Shown piece after piece: positions 51,616 through 64,000 of a stretch of DNA of 64,000 nucleotides. The first letter of the stretch is position 1; each line of letters starts with the position of its first letter. The stretch is from Camelus ferus (Eukaryota). The DNA lies in assembly GCF_009834535.1 (NCBI RefSeq), contig NC_045696.1, positions 38,938,001-39,002,000 on the forward strand, given 5' to 3'. The position numbers and the translations under genes are program-made. The notes below the pieces were generated by a model. It was not told where the DNA came from, did not search any database, and saw nothing but the letters and a program-made list of their open reading frames with translations.

Positions 51616-54600
51616 CAATTTTTTAAAAAAGTGAAAAAATACATATTTTCATAATATCAATAGTCAGCCCCATACCTTGGGGTGGGGGTAAAATGTTAGC
51701 AACAGTATTTATGATCTCGCTATTTTAAGTAGTTTCACTCTAAGTTTTTTTTCATTTAGCAAGTGGCATAATACATGCATTTGTTTTCTCACTAATGAAT
51801 GGTTTTCTGAAACATAGAATTCCCCTGACGTGACATTTCTTGCCATGCTTCCATCTTCTTAACCTGAATTTCATGATAATGCCTTCCGTGATGAGAAAAA
51901 AATGTGCACCGTTTTCCCTCTTGATTGTAAACTGTAACAGATTTACGTATCGTACATGTTTTTATACATTTCTTTTTGTGAGTATTTGACCTTGAGATAC
52001 CGAATCAAGATGTTGAAGATTGTTTTGTTGTAAATTTAAGCTACAAAAAATTAATTGCGTTTTTCAAACAAGAGACTACAGAAGGTTTGTTTTCTTTGGA
52101 CATTATTAGATTCTTAGTTCTTAAAATATCACTTATATGCTGTACAGATTTTGCTGTTTTGCTAACGTTGGTAGCTATTTCTCACACTTGCATCTACCAT
52201 TCCACTGAAATATATATTTCTTCTTTATAAGTTAGGTTTTTATATCTAGCTGGCAAAACCTTCAGATAGTGACTCCACATTCTACCTTTATTTTTCTGTG
52301 GGGCCTACAGTCTTGTCTGGTACCTTAGGCTCTTGCTGCATTCGTGTATACTGTTATTTACAAGAGAGGGAAGGCATGTCCCAACGCCCTGCTCCCTTCT
52401 TCCTACTTTAGAGGCATATTCATTCCCTTCCTTCCTTCCAAGGCTAAGCTCCCTAAAGCCCCCTGCTAGTGGTATTGGTGTCTTATTTCCTGCCCCCTCT
52501 TGGACCTCACCTTCACTGTGTTCATCTCTCCATCTTCACTGGCTTTTTCTGTTTCTCTCTAAATATATGAAATTAAAAAAAATTTTATTTTTCCTTTCAT
52601 GGGTCTGGTTTCCTTTCAGTCTATCATTTCATTTTATTCCTACCCTCTTCCAAAAATTTCTTGAGAAAGTCTGACATAATCACTGTTTAATTCTTAACGC
52701 TTTCTAATCTGACTCCTGTCTCTCTAGCTCCCTTACACCTGGGGAGACTAGTACTGTGCCTGGCACACATGTCATAGTTGTTAAGTGAGTGAAAATCATT
52801 TCATGAAACTGTGGCCGCTTGCTAACCATCAGTGGCCTTTTCTTTAGTTCTTACTTTATTTAACCCATTGAGACACTTGATTTTCTAAGTCTTGTCTCCT
52901 TTCCAGAAATTTTCTTTTTTATATTTGCTCTTATGATATTGTACTTTCGTCTTTAAATTCCTGTGTCTGGCCATCCCTTCTGTTGTCTTCACTGATTCTC
53001 TTCTGGTTAAATTACTTTTCATGTTGATGTTTCCCAAAGTCTTTAACTCTCCTCAGTATCAACATTCCAAAGTAATATTGTCCAATCTTACTATTGCTTC
53101 ATCTTTTGGCTCTCAGATCTCTACCTGACATCCCTCTTGAGACCTAGACTTGATCGTTCAAAGTTCCAGACGTTTCTATATGGATGGCCTTTGATACCTG
53201 AAATTCAGTCTGCCCAAAAGTCTCAGTATTTTCAGAGATGTTCTCTCTGTATATATTTATTTGGAAGGTGAAGTGGTGAGAGGGAGGGACTCTGCTCGTT
53301 TAATTGCTTGGGATGGAGGAAGAGCCCTAGGGGTCAAGTACTCCATTTGGAGATTTTCAACCAAACTGTACTTTTAATTCCGTGCCTCACATTGCCCTAA
53401 GTAGTGGCTAGTGTCTTCCAGTCGTGCTTTTTCTGGTGGTCTGTTGATAATCTGTCTATAGATTGTTTCCCCTTATGATCAGAATTCCCCGTTGCTGACA
53501 CTTGGGTAGAAGCTTCTTCTGGTCAATTACCCTGCCTTTGTCTGCGTTTGCCTTCTAAACCTTTTCTGAAATCTCTTATCTGCTAATATCTACTCTCTTC
53601 CTCTGTATTCCCCACTTTAAAAAAATCCCTTTATTGTCGTTTTAGAGTGTTTTGTACAAGAGAAGAAATCAGTCTGTGGCTTGTCTACAGTGTTAATCAG
53701 AATTTTTATCTCTTTTTGTTGTTGAAGAAAGTGACTTTCAGAGAGATTGTCACTTGACAAAACTCACACCTGTTCCTTAGAGGAGGCTAGAGAATTCAGA
53801 TGCAGTTCTGTGCCATACTGCTTCCCATTTGTGAACTTAATTTGTAAGGTATATTTATAAACTTAATTTACCAAAAAGAAATCATGTTAAAAATTAAAAG
53901 AACCACAGCAGTAAGTCTGTTTTCAGAATGAGTCATGAGCTAAATAAAGTGAGTTAAACCAGGACCATAGGTTATGGACTTTCCAAACTAGGCTTAAATA
54001 AATTGATGATTATTAGGCTTGTTCTCAACAGCTTGACATCTGCTTTATATAAAATTTAACTCTCACCCCACTTTAGAGTGGTTGCTCATAGCTGGTCACA
54101 CAGCGCTGGTGAAGTTTCTGGCATCTTTTAAGAGGCCATGGTTGATATTTGCCTGTGATGGTTCCTATGGATAACCAAGGAGTACCAATCTAGTGCAAAT
54201 TTCTGTTAGTTATTAATGATTCATAACTCCTATTTTTAATATTATAATAAGTAAATAATTTCCTAAAAACAGCCACACATTTTTAAATTATTACCACTAT
54301 TTACTGATACGAAAAAATGGAAGAATTGTAGCTCAAGAATATCTCACTGAAGAAAAATAGTCACAAATGGTTCTTTACATCCATGCCTGTATTGAGGGTA
54401 CAGCACACTGTTTAGTAAGACGAATATATTAAATTATGTATCTGTTCATTTTTTGATTTGTGTGACTCTTCTTTAGTGTTTCCTCCCCCCCCAACTTCTT
54501 CTTGGGCCAGAAGTGAAATGGTAGTCAAATTTAAATAGATTAAATGTTTTCATGATTAGAAGAAATTTAATTACTGGACTAATTTTTAAAATAAATTATG

Positions 54601-54879
54601 GCCTTGATACATGTTTGCTATCCTTTTTTTCCCCCAATGATGCAGATAATAGCAATATGACATCAGTTTAACATAAAGATTTTCACATTTTTCTTTTTCA
54701 AACACAAGAGCTCTTAAAAATTTTTTTTCAGCTATAATTGGATTTGGAACCCTGTGTATAAACAGATCAAAGCAAAGCTCCCCTGTTGGTGACGGGAATG
54801 AGTGGCCTGGAGGGAGCCTCACAGCCCCTGTCCTGCCTCTGCCAATGGCGGCGTCTCCTTAGAACAGTCTTAAAATTAC

Positions 54880-55110
54880 ATGTGTGGTGATGGAAAGAAC
54901 GCAGTCTTTGGAGTCAGGCATAACTGGGCTTCAGTCCCAGATCTCCATGTGATAGCTTTGTAACCTTGGAAAGTTTACTCAACCTCTCTGAGTGTGGGTT
55001 CGCTGATCTGGAGTGGGAGTGTTCAATCCTTATTTTATGGAGGTGTTTTAGAATGAACTGAGGTAACGTGTGCAGTGGTGCATGGTACCCGACACAGAGA
55101 AGGTCCTCAC
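54880..55110 (+). mobile_element. MIR SINE
   Basis: gtggtgatggaaagaacgcagtctttggagtcag...taaccttggaaagtttactcaacctctctgag. Confidence 0.7.
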
Positions 55111-55407
55111 GGAAAGAGTTGCCTTCTTGCTGTATAAAATCTGATTACAACTTGGGGTCTAACCCTTTGCTTCAGAATGGTACTGGCTTTTTCTGGGTGA
55201 ATAGTAGAGGACTCAGCTACTAGAAACATTGATTTTCTATAGAATTTGAAAAGAAGGTGTACATGAACGTTTACATATTAAACTTCAGCTGAAAATCAAA
55301 AATTCTCACCCTTTGATTGCTTCTGTAGAGACTGAGTGCTGTCAGGGTGCCTGAACTGGAGATGGCACTGTGTGTCACTGTGCCATTCTCATCACCAAAG
55401 GAACTGC

Positions 55408-55533
55408 CAGGGCTTAAGCCTGTTGGTCTGGCTGGCGCCGGTCTGGGGCCCGGATTTTGCGGAGTTCTTGGATATTGAATGTATTGTAAGGGATCTGGTT
55501 TGATTTGCGACAGTTCCAACCTGTCAGGCCCTG
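55408..55533. mobile_element. Short MITE-like DNA element with terminal inverted repeats
   Basis: cagggcttaagcctgttggtctg ... cagttccaacctgtcaggccctg form imperfect TIRs. Flanks gaactgcc / gaacggtc resemble an 8-bp hAT TSD. Confidence 0.5.
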
Positions 55534-57099
55534 GAACGGTCCTGCTCTGTGGTGTGATAGAGCACCTTACCAAAATGGAAACTGAGGATGAAGGGTCATG
55601 TACACACTCAAGATTTTTCTGAGTAAGTTTGTCTCCACCATTGCCAGATACTGATTTGAGAACTTTAGAGGAAAGGTCTCATAGAATTGAAAACATTTAT
55701 TAGTCTTGCTCAGTGTTTGCATAGCAGGACGGGATGGCTATTCCCCTGTGTGATGTCATCTTGTTCCTGTCTCTTCTCACCACACACACCTGCCCTGGCC
55801 CTGGTTTCTGCCTTCATCTTAGCCTGTGGTGAAGCTCACATCTGTCCCTCCAGCCCAGTGTGTGTCCTGAGCTTCAGGGTGATAGAGCCAGCCCTTTGAT
55901 GGACCTTTCCCGCAGATGTTGCTGGGTGTGAGATTTGACTTACTCAAAGTTGAATTCAGTATATTTTATCCTAATTGCCTCCTCTTCCTGCATTCCCTAT
56001 TCCGCTAAAAGGTCCTGCCAGTTACCCAGTCTTGACATCAGACAATGATTCTGCCCTTCGTTTCCCTGCCCCCTGTGCCAGGGCCAGCCCTTCCCGCACA
56101 CACTCCGCTACCATGGCTCAGACTTCTATCATTTACATCAGCAATTTTCACCTGTATTTTTTTTTCTCTGACACAGATGATAGATGACTGGCTTGGGTCA
56201 CCTGTAGTTGAGAGCACTGATTTGGTACACTGTACATAACTATACCCCTTTATCAGAAATTTTGTAGAAATGAAGGTGACACCAAGTGTAACCTTGGATT
56301 CCTTTCTAGAGCAGCTTTTTAAATGAAGTTTCAGCTTTCTAATTTTAGTAACAAATTATTTGTCACATCCCAGAACTGATCACAACACTGGTGGGTCATG
56401 AGGCAAAAGTTGCAGATAATTCTCTGTTATGTTAAGTAATGACCAGCTTAGCAAAATATTTGGTGGCAAACCTGCTTTCCTATTTACTTTTTTTAGTGGA
56501 AAAAAAAAGTTCTGTAATAAAAATGTAATGTTTTCTTCCAAGCAAAATTACTTTAACGACAGGGGTATAAATAGCTCACCTTTGCACCCTAACATTAGTT
56601 GTAAAATCCATTTAGTGAAAAATATTATTCATGCAAATATGTGTCAGTAGTCTATACAGAGTTAATCAGACAACTTACCACAAACTAAATCCATTATGAT
56701 AAAGATAAACAGTGATTTTGATTTAAAATTATAGCACTATTTAAATTATAGTTAACTCAAGATATCAGTAGTAATAAGGTGATAAATATTTTCCTCAAAA
56801 TTCAGGAAATTTCAACTACTGGTGGTAGAATTTTAAATATTAGCAGATGTGCCAAGTAATGTGTTGTGGCCAGAGGTCTTAGGAGAAAACTAACTAGAAT
56901 TCTCTAGTAAGCAGTTGGTTTTAGTTTACGAATACCAGATTTGGGTAACTGTTAATAATTTAGTTTAACAGCCTTACTCATGATGAAAGCATGAAATTGT
57001 TAGCCTTCACCTTGTGGTGACAAGGAAAAATAGGATTTTAGGGTTACTCATTGGAAGAACATATGTATAGGTCGTTTCCATTCTGGAAAGCCTGAGTTT

Positions 57100-58130
57100 T
57101 AGTAGGACTCTTCTAGGCAAAGAGGCCAAGGGACAAGTGATTTCAGCAGTGAAGACAGCATTGGGCAGAGACATACCTGTAGAAGACAAAGAGGGAGCAG
57201 GAGGGGAGGGGAGAGGAAATGTGCTCCTGAGACTCCTGAGCCTGCACATGGTGACGTCAGGCACTGCGAGCGTTGTGAGTGGCAAGAGGTGGTGTCAGAG
57301 AGAAACACAGGGGCTGGATCCACCAAGACCTTGAATGTCACGCTAGGGAGTTTGGATTTTATCCTGACAGCAGTGCACGGCCATTGGAGGCCTTTAAGGA
57401 TGATCCAGTTTGAATTCTAAAAGATCACTCTGGCTTTTGTCTGGAGAGCAGACGGGGGAACTTTAGGAATGGAAGCGAGGAAATCAGTTGTCACTCACTG
57501 CCGATAGTATTCATGGGGAGAGGTCATGGTGTCCTGGTGTTTCATCTGACTTTTTAACAAGTGGGAATGTTACAGTTTATAGAAAATGGAAGAGTAGAGA
57601 CAGCACGGTCAAGTTCAGTTTGGGATATACTGAGTTTGAGGTTCCTGTGAAGCATCCAGGTGGGTACGGATGTCTGGTCGATAGTTGGATATACAGTCTG
57701 AGTTAGGAATACCAATCTGGGAATAATTTGATTCATCTAACCTGTGGGAAATGAGACCTCATAAGAAGATCGTGAAGGTAAAGCAGGTCCTGGCTGGAAG
57801 TTGGGGAAACATGGTGTGTAAAGGATGGCTAGCAGGATGTGAACTTGAAGGAGATTGAGAGAGTATTCAGGAAGAAGGGAAACCTCAGGCTGATGTCAGG
57901 AAACCAAAGGAGGATTGGTTTTCAGGACACCTTCTGTAGACACATCATATGAGACCAGGGCAGAGGAAAAGTACATTTGAATTAGCAAGTAGGGCAGTGT
58001 CTCTAAGAGATGATGGTCAGAGCACAACTGGGGAGGAAGCCAGATTGCAGGGGCTAAAGGAGTCATTGGGAGGAAAGGGAAAGAAGGTGGTGAGGGCTGG
58101 TGACTCCTTTTAAGGAAGTTGGTAGTGAGG
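57100..58130 (-). mobile_element. L2 fragment (antisense)
   Basis: gggagtttggattttatcctg; aaaagatcactctggc; agttcagtttgggatatactgagtttgagg. Confidence 0.65.
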
Positions 58131-61100
58131 AGAGAGCAAGGCTGCCCCTGGACTCAGTCTTCTGAATGGTGGGCTTCCAGAAGGTGCAGATGAGGATGTG
58201 AGGTTCCTGAGGAAACATCAAGGATCATGAAGTGGTGCTCTGGTGGATTCTTGGAGGAGGAGCCCTTCCTCCCTTCATTGTGGGACAGAGGCGGCTGCTA
58301 CGGTGCAGGTAGAGGAGAGGTGGAGGCAGAACTGTGAGAGAGGGTCCCCGTGCAGTAGAGGGTAGGGTCCTCTGCTGAGCGAGGGATGGGATGGTGGAGG
58401 GGAGCGTGGCTTAAGGGATGTGGGGAGGGTTTGAAATAGCTGCTGTGGAAGACCAGGAAGGTTGCAGACTGATTTCCAGCAAAGGCTGTAAATCGTGGCT
58501 TGTTGGCAGCCCAGATCTGCATTGCTGTGCATATCCCTGCAGGATTTTTAAAGCAGGGTGCATTCACTTATGTGGAAAAGATAAAACTGGAACTTTTCTG
58601 GGTGAGGACAACTGAAGAACAGACAGAAGAGGCTTTAGTCATATTTGATGGCCAGATAGAAAAGATATGGAAATTTGTGGGAACTGAAAGGGGCACAGTA
58701 AGAGAGGACAGAAGCTGTGCTGAGGCAGAAGAACTGGTATGGTGGGTGCACCCGGGCCAGTGAGTAAGAGAGCTGGAAAGATGAGAGGGTGTGCACACTC
58801 GGGAATGCCTGAGACTGAGATTCAGAGGTTGGGTGGTTATAGGTAAAGACAAGGGTCAGGGTTAGCCAAAGGGTCAGGTAGAGCGGAAGTGGAGGTCATT
58901 GGACTTGAGGGTCATATGGAATGGGGATGAGGGTGTTCTAAGGATACCCCAGCTATGCACAGTGAAGGCAGAGCCCGACCACGCCAGGTGCTTGACACTG
59001 TAAAGGAAGAGTCATCGGGCAGACTCTTTGGTGATGCTCTCTACCCCTTGACCTTGTTCCCTGTGCCAGTCACCATGCTGAGACAGCACCTGCTGGAGCT
59101 ACTCAATGAGGAGACAAACTAAGGCTAATTAGGCCTGCAAATAAGTTCTTCCATCACTAGAATGTAGGCTCTGTGAAAGCAGGGCTGTGGGTATGTTTTG
59201 TTCACTGTTGCATCAAAGCACAGAGTAGTATCTTGCTGTTCACCATTTACTGAATGAATGGATACCTTGAAGTTTGCTCTGACCCTGGCTGCTCCTTGGG
59301 ACACGCGGCTGCAGCCTTTTGCTGCATTCCCCCGAGGCACTCTTCCAAGTCAGTCTCTGCCTGGGGAGCTCAGAGCCCCAGCTCCACCTCCGCATCCCTC
59401 CGTCAGCTCACCGTCTCTCCTCTCACCTTACGGAGGTCAGAGACGCTTGTTGGGCCGTGCTCACTGTCTGCTCCCCCTCGCAGGGTTGCTCAGGCTTTAG
59501 CTGCTCCCTGACGCTGTGCTTGGAGGAGGAAGCATCCCGGCTCCTCTCCGAGGCTAACGCCTTCCCTTTATCAGAAGAGTTGGCGACTGCACTGGTTTCT
59601 TCACCTCATTGCCTGCTTTTCTTTCTGGAAGTCATCAGCCTTCTCTTGTACGGCAGTTATTCCCTCTGCAACGGGGGTAGAAGTGACCCTTAAAACAGGA
59701 ATAAAGGTCTGTCTGGGACCTTAAACTGTCACCTTGTTTCTACTTAAAAAAAGTCTCAAAAGTATTGCCTTCTATATACTGACTGTTCCTATTTCCTTGC
59801 TGTGTATTCACCGTTTAACACCTTGAGTTCGGGGCTGTTCTCACAAATTCCTGAGCTGTTGTAACTCTTTCTCCTGCATTCCTAGGGCTTCTCTACAGTC
59901 CTATTCCTTCATGTATTAATCCGACAAATATTTAAGCACCTCTTACTGTCAGGCACATTTCAAGATGCTAGAGATACTGCAGTGAATAAAACAGACCACA
60001 GACCCTGCCCTTGGGGCTTTTATTTTCCAGAGAAAGAAACAGATACTAAATCTGTGTGTATGTGTGTATTTGATACTAGCAAGTGCAAAGGAGAAAAAAA
60101 GGCAGGGAGGGGGTATAGGCAGTTTCAGAGTAGACAAGTTTACTATTTCAGATGGAGTGACTGGGGGAACTTCCAGGGAAGAGATGACTGTTCAGTAAAG
60201 GCCCGAAAGAGGTGAGGGGAGTGGGTTACAGAGCTTTCTGGGGAAGCACATTCTACACGGAGGGATGAGTGAATGCACAGTCCCCGAGGGGTGAGTGCCT
60301 CCTGTGTGGAAGAACAGTGAGGAGGACGGACCTCGTCCTTCTTAACCTCTCAGTGACATTTGGCCTTTGCTCCTCTTTGCTTTTGGAAATATCCTTCGTC
60401 CTTTGCCAGTGGACACCAGCATTCTGGAGGGGTGACTTCTGGTTTTGACCTTCCCCATCTCTTTCACAGCTTTCTTCTCTTCCTTGTGCCTGCCTTTTAA
60501 TCACCGCCCCCCCCACCCCACCCCGGGCTCTTTTGTTGGTCCCTCTTTCCCCTGCACACACTGTGTATCATTAAGTTACATTCTTAACTGTGCTCTGACT
60601 GCTTCACCAGGGGACCAGAAATTCAACACATTTGACAACTAACTAGTTTGTTGCCTGACCTCCCCTGACTCCCACAAAGGCCCTAATCTCGCCTCTCCTA
60701 TCTGTCTTATCCATTTTTGGCTTAACTACTTAAATAGTTTCCCAGTTTAGAAAACATCGTCATCTGTGGCTTTGTCCTCGCTCACCCTCCGCTTCTGGCT
60801 GGTCATCTTTTCTACTTCATTCTCTGTCCTCCCTGGTGCCCCAGTCTTCTTGCTGTAAGAAACATACTTCACACTTCTGTCTTTGTACTTACACACTCTG
60901 GGTCTAGCATGCGCTTCTCACCCGTCAGGAGCAAACTCACATGTTTCCTCCTCTGGGCAGTGGACTGTCCCCATCCCGGCCAGGTAAATGTTGTCCTCTG
61001 TGGTGTGTGCCTCCGTGGTGTGCATACCTGTGCTAAGCCTCACACAGTGATACAACGATGCGTATCTTGCTGGACTATAAGCTCCTTGAAGCCACAGCTG

Positions 61101-63914
61101 AGTCTTATTGATCATTGTACCTAATGCTTTCCTGTGTTTCCCTGTATTGTGCACATGGCAAAGAGAATGGATAGATGGACGAGTTTGGACCCAAGGGCAC
61201 TGCATTACAACATATTGAGTATGAAGGACAAAAAAATAACTTCCCAAGATTACATATGCCTTTGTCAGTAGCCTTTATATGTTATGTGCAGAATACCAGC
61301 ATCTTTGTTGGCAACTGGAATCAGTGTCTTTTGTTGGTGTGTGCTTGAATCCTGAGTGCATTCATTCTGGTACTCACTTGTGGGAACAAAGTCCTGTTGG
61401 CAGGTGACAGTGGCCCTAGCTTGTGGCAGGGCTGAGCTTCACTGTTCTCTAGGCTGAGGGCAAAGAACAGCTGTTTTAGATCAGACTTTAAAATGTAATT
61501 ATATAAATACAGAATTTGTTGTCTTCACTTTGAATAGCAGTACTCTTTTCTGCTAATTCTTTTCCTCTAAATTTACATTTTTGTTATTGTTGCAGGTATT
61601 TTAATTACCGATACAGATTTCTCATAAGATATTGGAGAAAAATTAAGCAATTAAGACATTTAAGGAAACTGAAAAAATACTCTAGTAAATTTAAGATTTG
61701 GGGATTCTTAAATAGCAAAGAAGTGAAAATTGAGGGAAAGGAGAAACAAGTGATTTTTTTAAAATTCATATTTATTGCCCTAAAAAGATTAAATATGAAG
61801 GCTTTCACTGCTTCAGCAAAATGTATCTTCCTGCTTAGAAAGGAGTCCACTATATTTTAAAAGGAATTGTCAAATAAAAATAATTGAGGCAATCAAATAA
61901 ATAGTATTTTTGACAGAAAACATTTGTCTTGAGATTTTATTGATGTCAAAAATGTAATCTCCATGTTCTCAAAGTTTTCCTTTTTTTTGTTTTTTAAATG
62001 GTTGCTCCAATTTTATAAAACTCCTTTGTGGATCTGCAGCATTTTGAGAATATTTATTTTAGTGAGTAGCCTGTGGCTCGCTTTCCTCCAGCAGCTCCCC
62101 AGGATGAGCAGTAGTTCATACTAGTTACAGAAAAGAAATCACTGTTCTATTCACGTTACACAGTCTTGGTTCACGTGGAAGCAGAAAGAGAGACTGTGGG
62201 CGGCCGTCACAACAAATTAAATGTAGTAGTTAAAGAACAAAAAATGTTTACCTTTCATACACATGATCACTTTCAAAATGCCCCCCAGCCCGTTTCCTGC
62301 TGCCAGAGTGAGAGGCTCTTTATGCTGTTTCCGTGAGGAGAGGGCATAACTGGCTCAGAGCGCAGGCTCCCAGAAAGAGCAGAAGGCTGGGTGGGTGAGG
62401 TGGAGACGTGTGGGGTCGAGTCTCAGGTGAAACCAATAAAAGGTGAGACTTTGAGTGACTCCAGAAGGCTGGTGATATTCTAAACGTAGAGACTCACAAG
62501 TTTTATTAAGGGCCTAACACATAGAAGAATACTATGTGTTTCCTCAAAAATATCCCTGACTCTTAAGGTGGGAACAAACTTAAAATATTGTCCACTTGAA
62601 ATGAATTTCTTGGGCTAATGGGTTCTAAACATTTTCTCAACCTTTCCTATGCCAGAGTTTTAGTGGCTCATGGGGCAGTCCTTTAAACTGTTTTGAATTT
62701 GGATTAAAACATGGAACGAGGTGAACAAATGACATTATAGTTACTGTGCTCTTGCCTTCTTGAAGGTGAGCTTCTTACAAAACTTGATCCTTTGAACGTA
62801 CAGTGCCCTAAGGTGGTTTTACCTTGGTGACCTGATATTTTTCTGACTCACATTTGAGCTTCCCTTTTATAAGGACTTGTGAGCATGACAGCTGACAGAT
62901 ACTATCAGACCGCATTCCTTTTACAAGTAGGTGAGTGAGCTTGTTCGGAGGCAGGCGGAATTGGCTCACTGGGCTGCAGCTAACGAGGCTTTAGGGAAGA
63001 GCGTGATGGGGAGTGCCCGCGTGCTTCTGACAGCAGCCCAGCCCTCCTCACACTGAGTCCACGTGAATGGCAGCTTGCTTCACTGGTATCTTACTTACAA
63101 GCAGGTAGAATGCACCCCAGAAAGTGTTTGGTGTCTGCAAGGGTTCCCGGTGCTGTCCACTGTTTGCATTAATGCACATACCAGGGCTTTGTGTTTTACC
63201 GTCAACAGTTCATAGTGGGCTTTTCCTCTAAATTGATACATCGTGTTCCTGTCTTTCCTCATCTTCTTGAGCAACAATTTTCCACAATTGGCAGCTTCAT
63301 GGGTTAACACAATGCTGAAATGAGGAAGTCTGTCTAGGTGTCTCATGTATCTGAGTGTATCAAAATACTGTCCATTAGCTCTGTAACAATAAAGGCTAAA
63401 TTTAAACATATATAAGATTTGCTATCATCTCTCCCTTAAGTCTTCATACTTACCTTTCACTCTTCTCATTTTGTCCCCTAACCCCCAGTCATAGTAAACT
63501 CCTTAGAAGCTGAGACCTCGCTAAACCCACAGTTGAGGAGAGAAGGAGATGGGAGGGGAGAGCAAAGGGGAAGGGAGATGCACAAGCATCACACAGGCAC
63601 TGACATCCTCTAGGAGGCATCCCCCGAGTTATTGCCTCTGCTCTCGCCGCCACCGAATCTGGACCAGCTGTGACCGTTCTGGGCTCCCACGTGTGCTGCT
63701 CTTCTCCCTTTGTGACATTTACTGTGTAGCCTCGTTACAGATGTGCTGACTGTGCCTTTCAGTAGATTGTAAACTATTAGGGAACAGAAGCCATCTCTTA
63801 TTCACTGATGTGTCCCTGGCGTCTAGCGCAGAGTGTGTCATGTAATAGGTTACCAGTCAATCTGTGTTATTTTTTAAATGATGATGCTTATTATTCTCTA
63901 TTTTGTTTTCAAAG

Positions 63915-64000
63915 ATTCCCCAGAGTGAGGACAAGAGGAACCATGCTGAGAAGCTATCCACTCTTCCAGCACAGGAAGTTTCCAAAAAGCCAAATGACCT
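63915..64000 (+). CDS. CRYBG3: CRYBG3 coding exon 3 (5' part, runs off window)
   Basis: ttttgttttcaaag|ATT CCC CAG AGT GAG GAC AAG AGG AAC CAT GCT GAG AAG encodes IPQSEDKRNHAEKLSTLPAQEVSKKPND..., in frame with exon 2. Confidence 0.92.
   Translation, partial: MPQSEDKRNHAEKLSTLPAQEVSKKPND

Overview
Mammalian genomic DNA, probably camelid (inferred from two Vic-1-like tRNA-derived SINEs), covering the ARL6 (BBS3)-CRYBG3 locus with both genes on the + strand. The ARL6 first coding exon (40-162), penultimate coding exon (6092-6147), a 13-nt frameshifting microexon (6279-6291, the retina BBS3L isoform) and the last exon (from 11100) are visible. About 356 nt of internal ARL6 coding sequence is missing and most likely lies in the 100-N assembly gap (2945-3044). 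An AT-rich, L1-rich intergenic region leads to a CpG-island promoter (~32.3-33.5 kb) and CRYBG3 coding exons 1, 2 and the start of 3 (32807-32955, 49503-49569, 63915->64000). The rest is intronic or intergenic DNA with old L1/HAL1, L2, MIR, LTR and hAT fossils. Almost all ORF-track entries are spurious. I found no convincing undescribed biological system. The most notable signals are the intact ARL6 microexon with dual-frame last exon (known biology), a uORF/overlapping-ORF pair ahead of the CRYBG3 start, and several nested or TSD-flanked transposon insertions. Gene and repeat-family names rest on recall of known sequences, not on database searches, and repeat boundaries are approximate.
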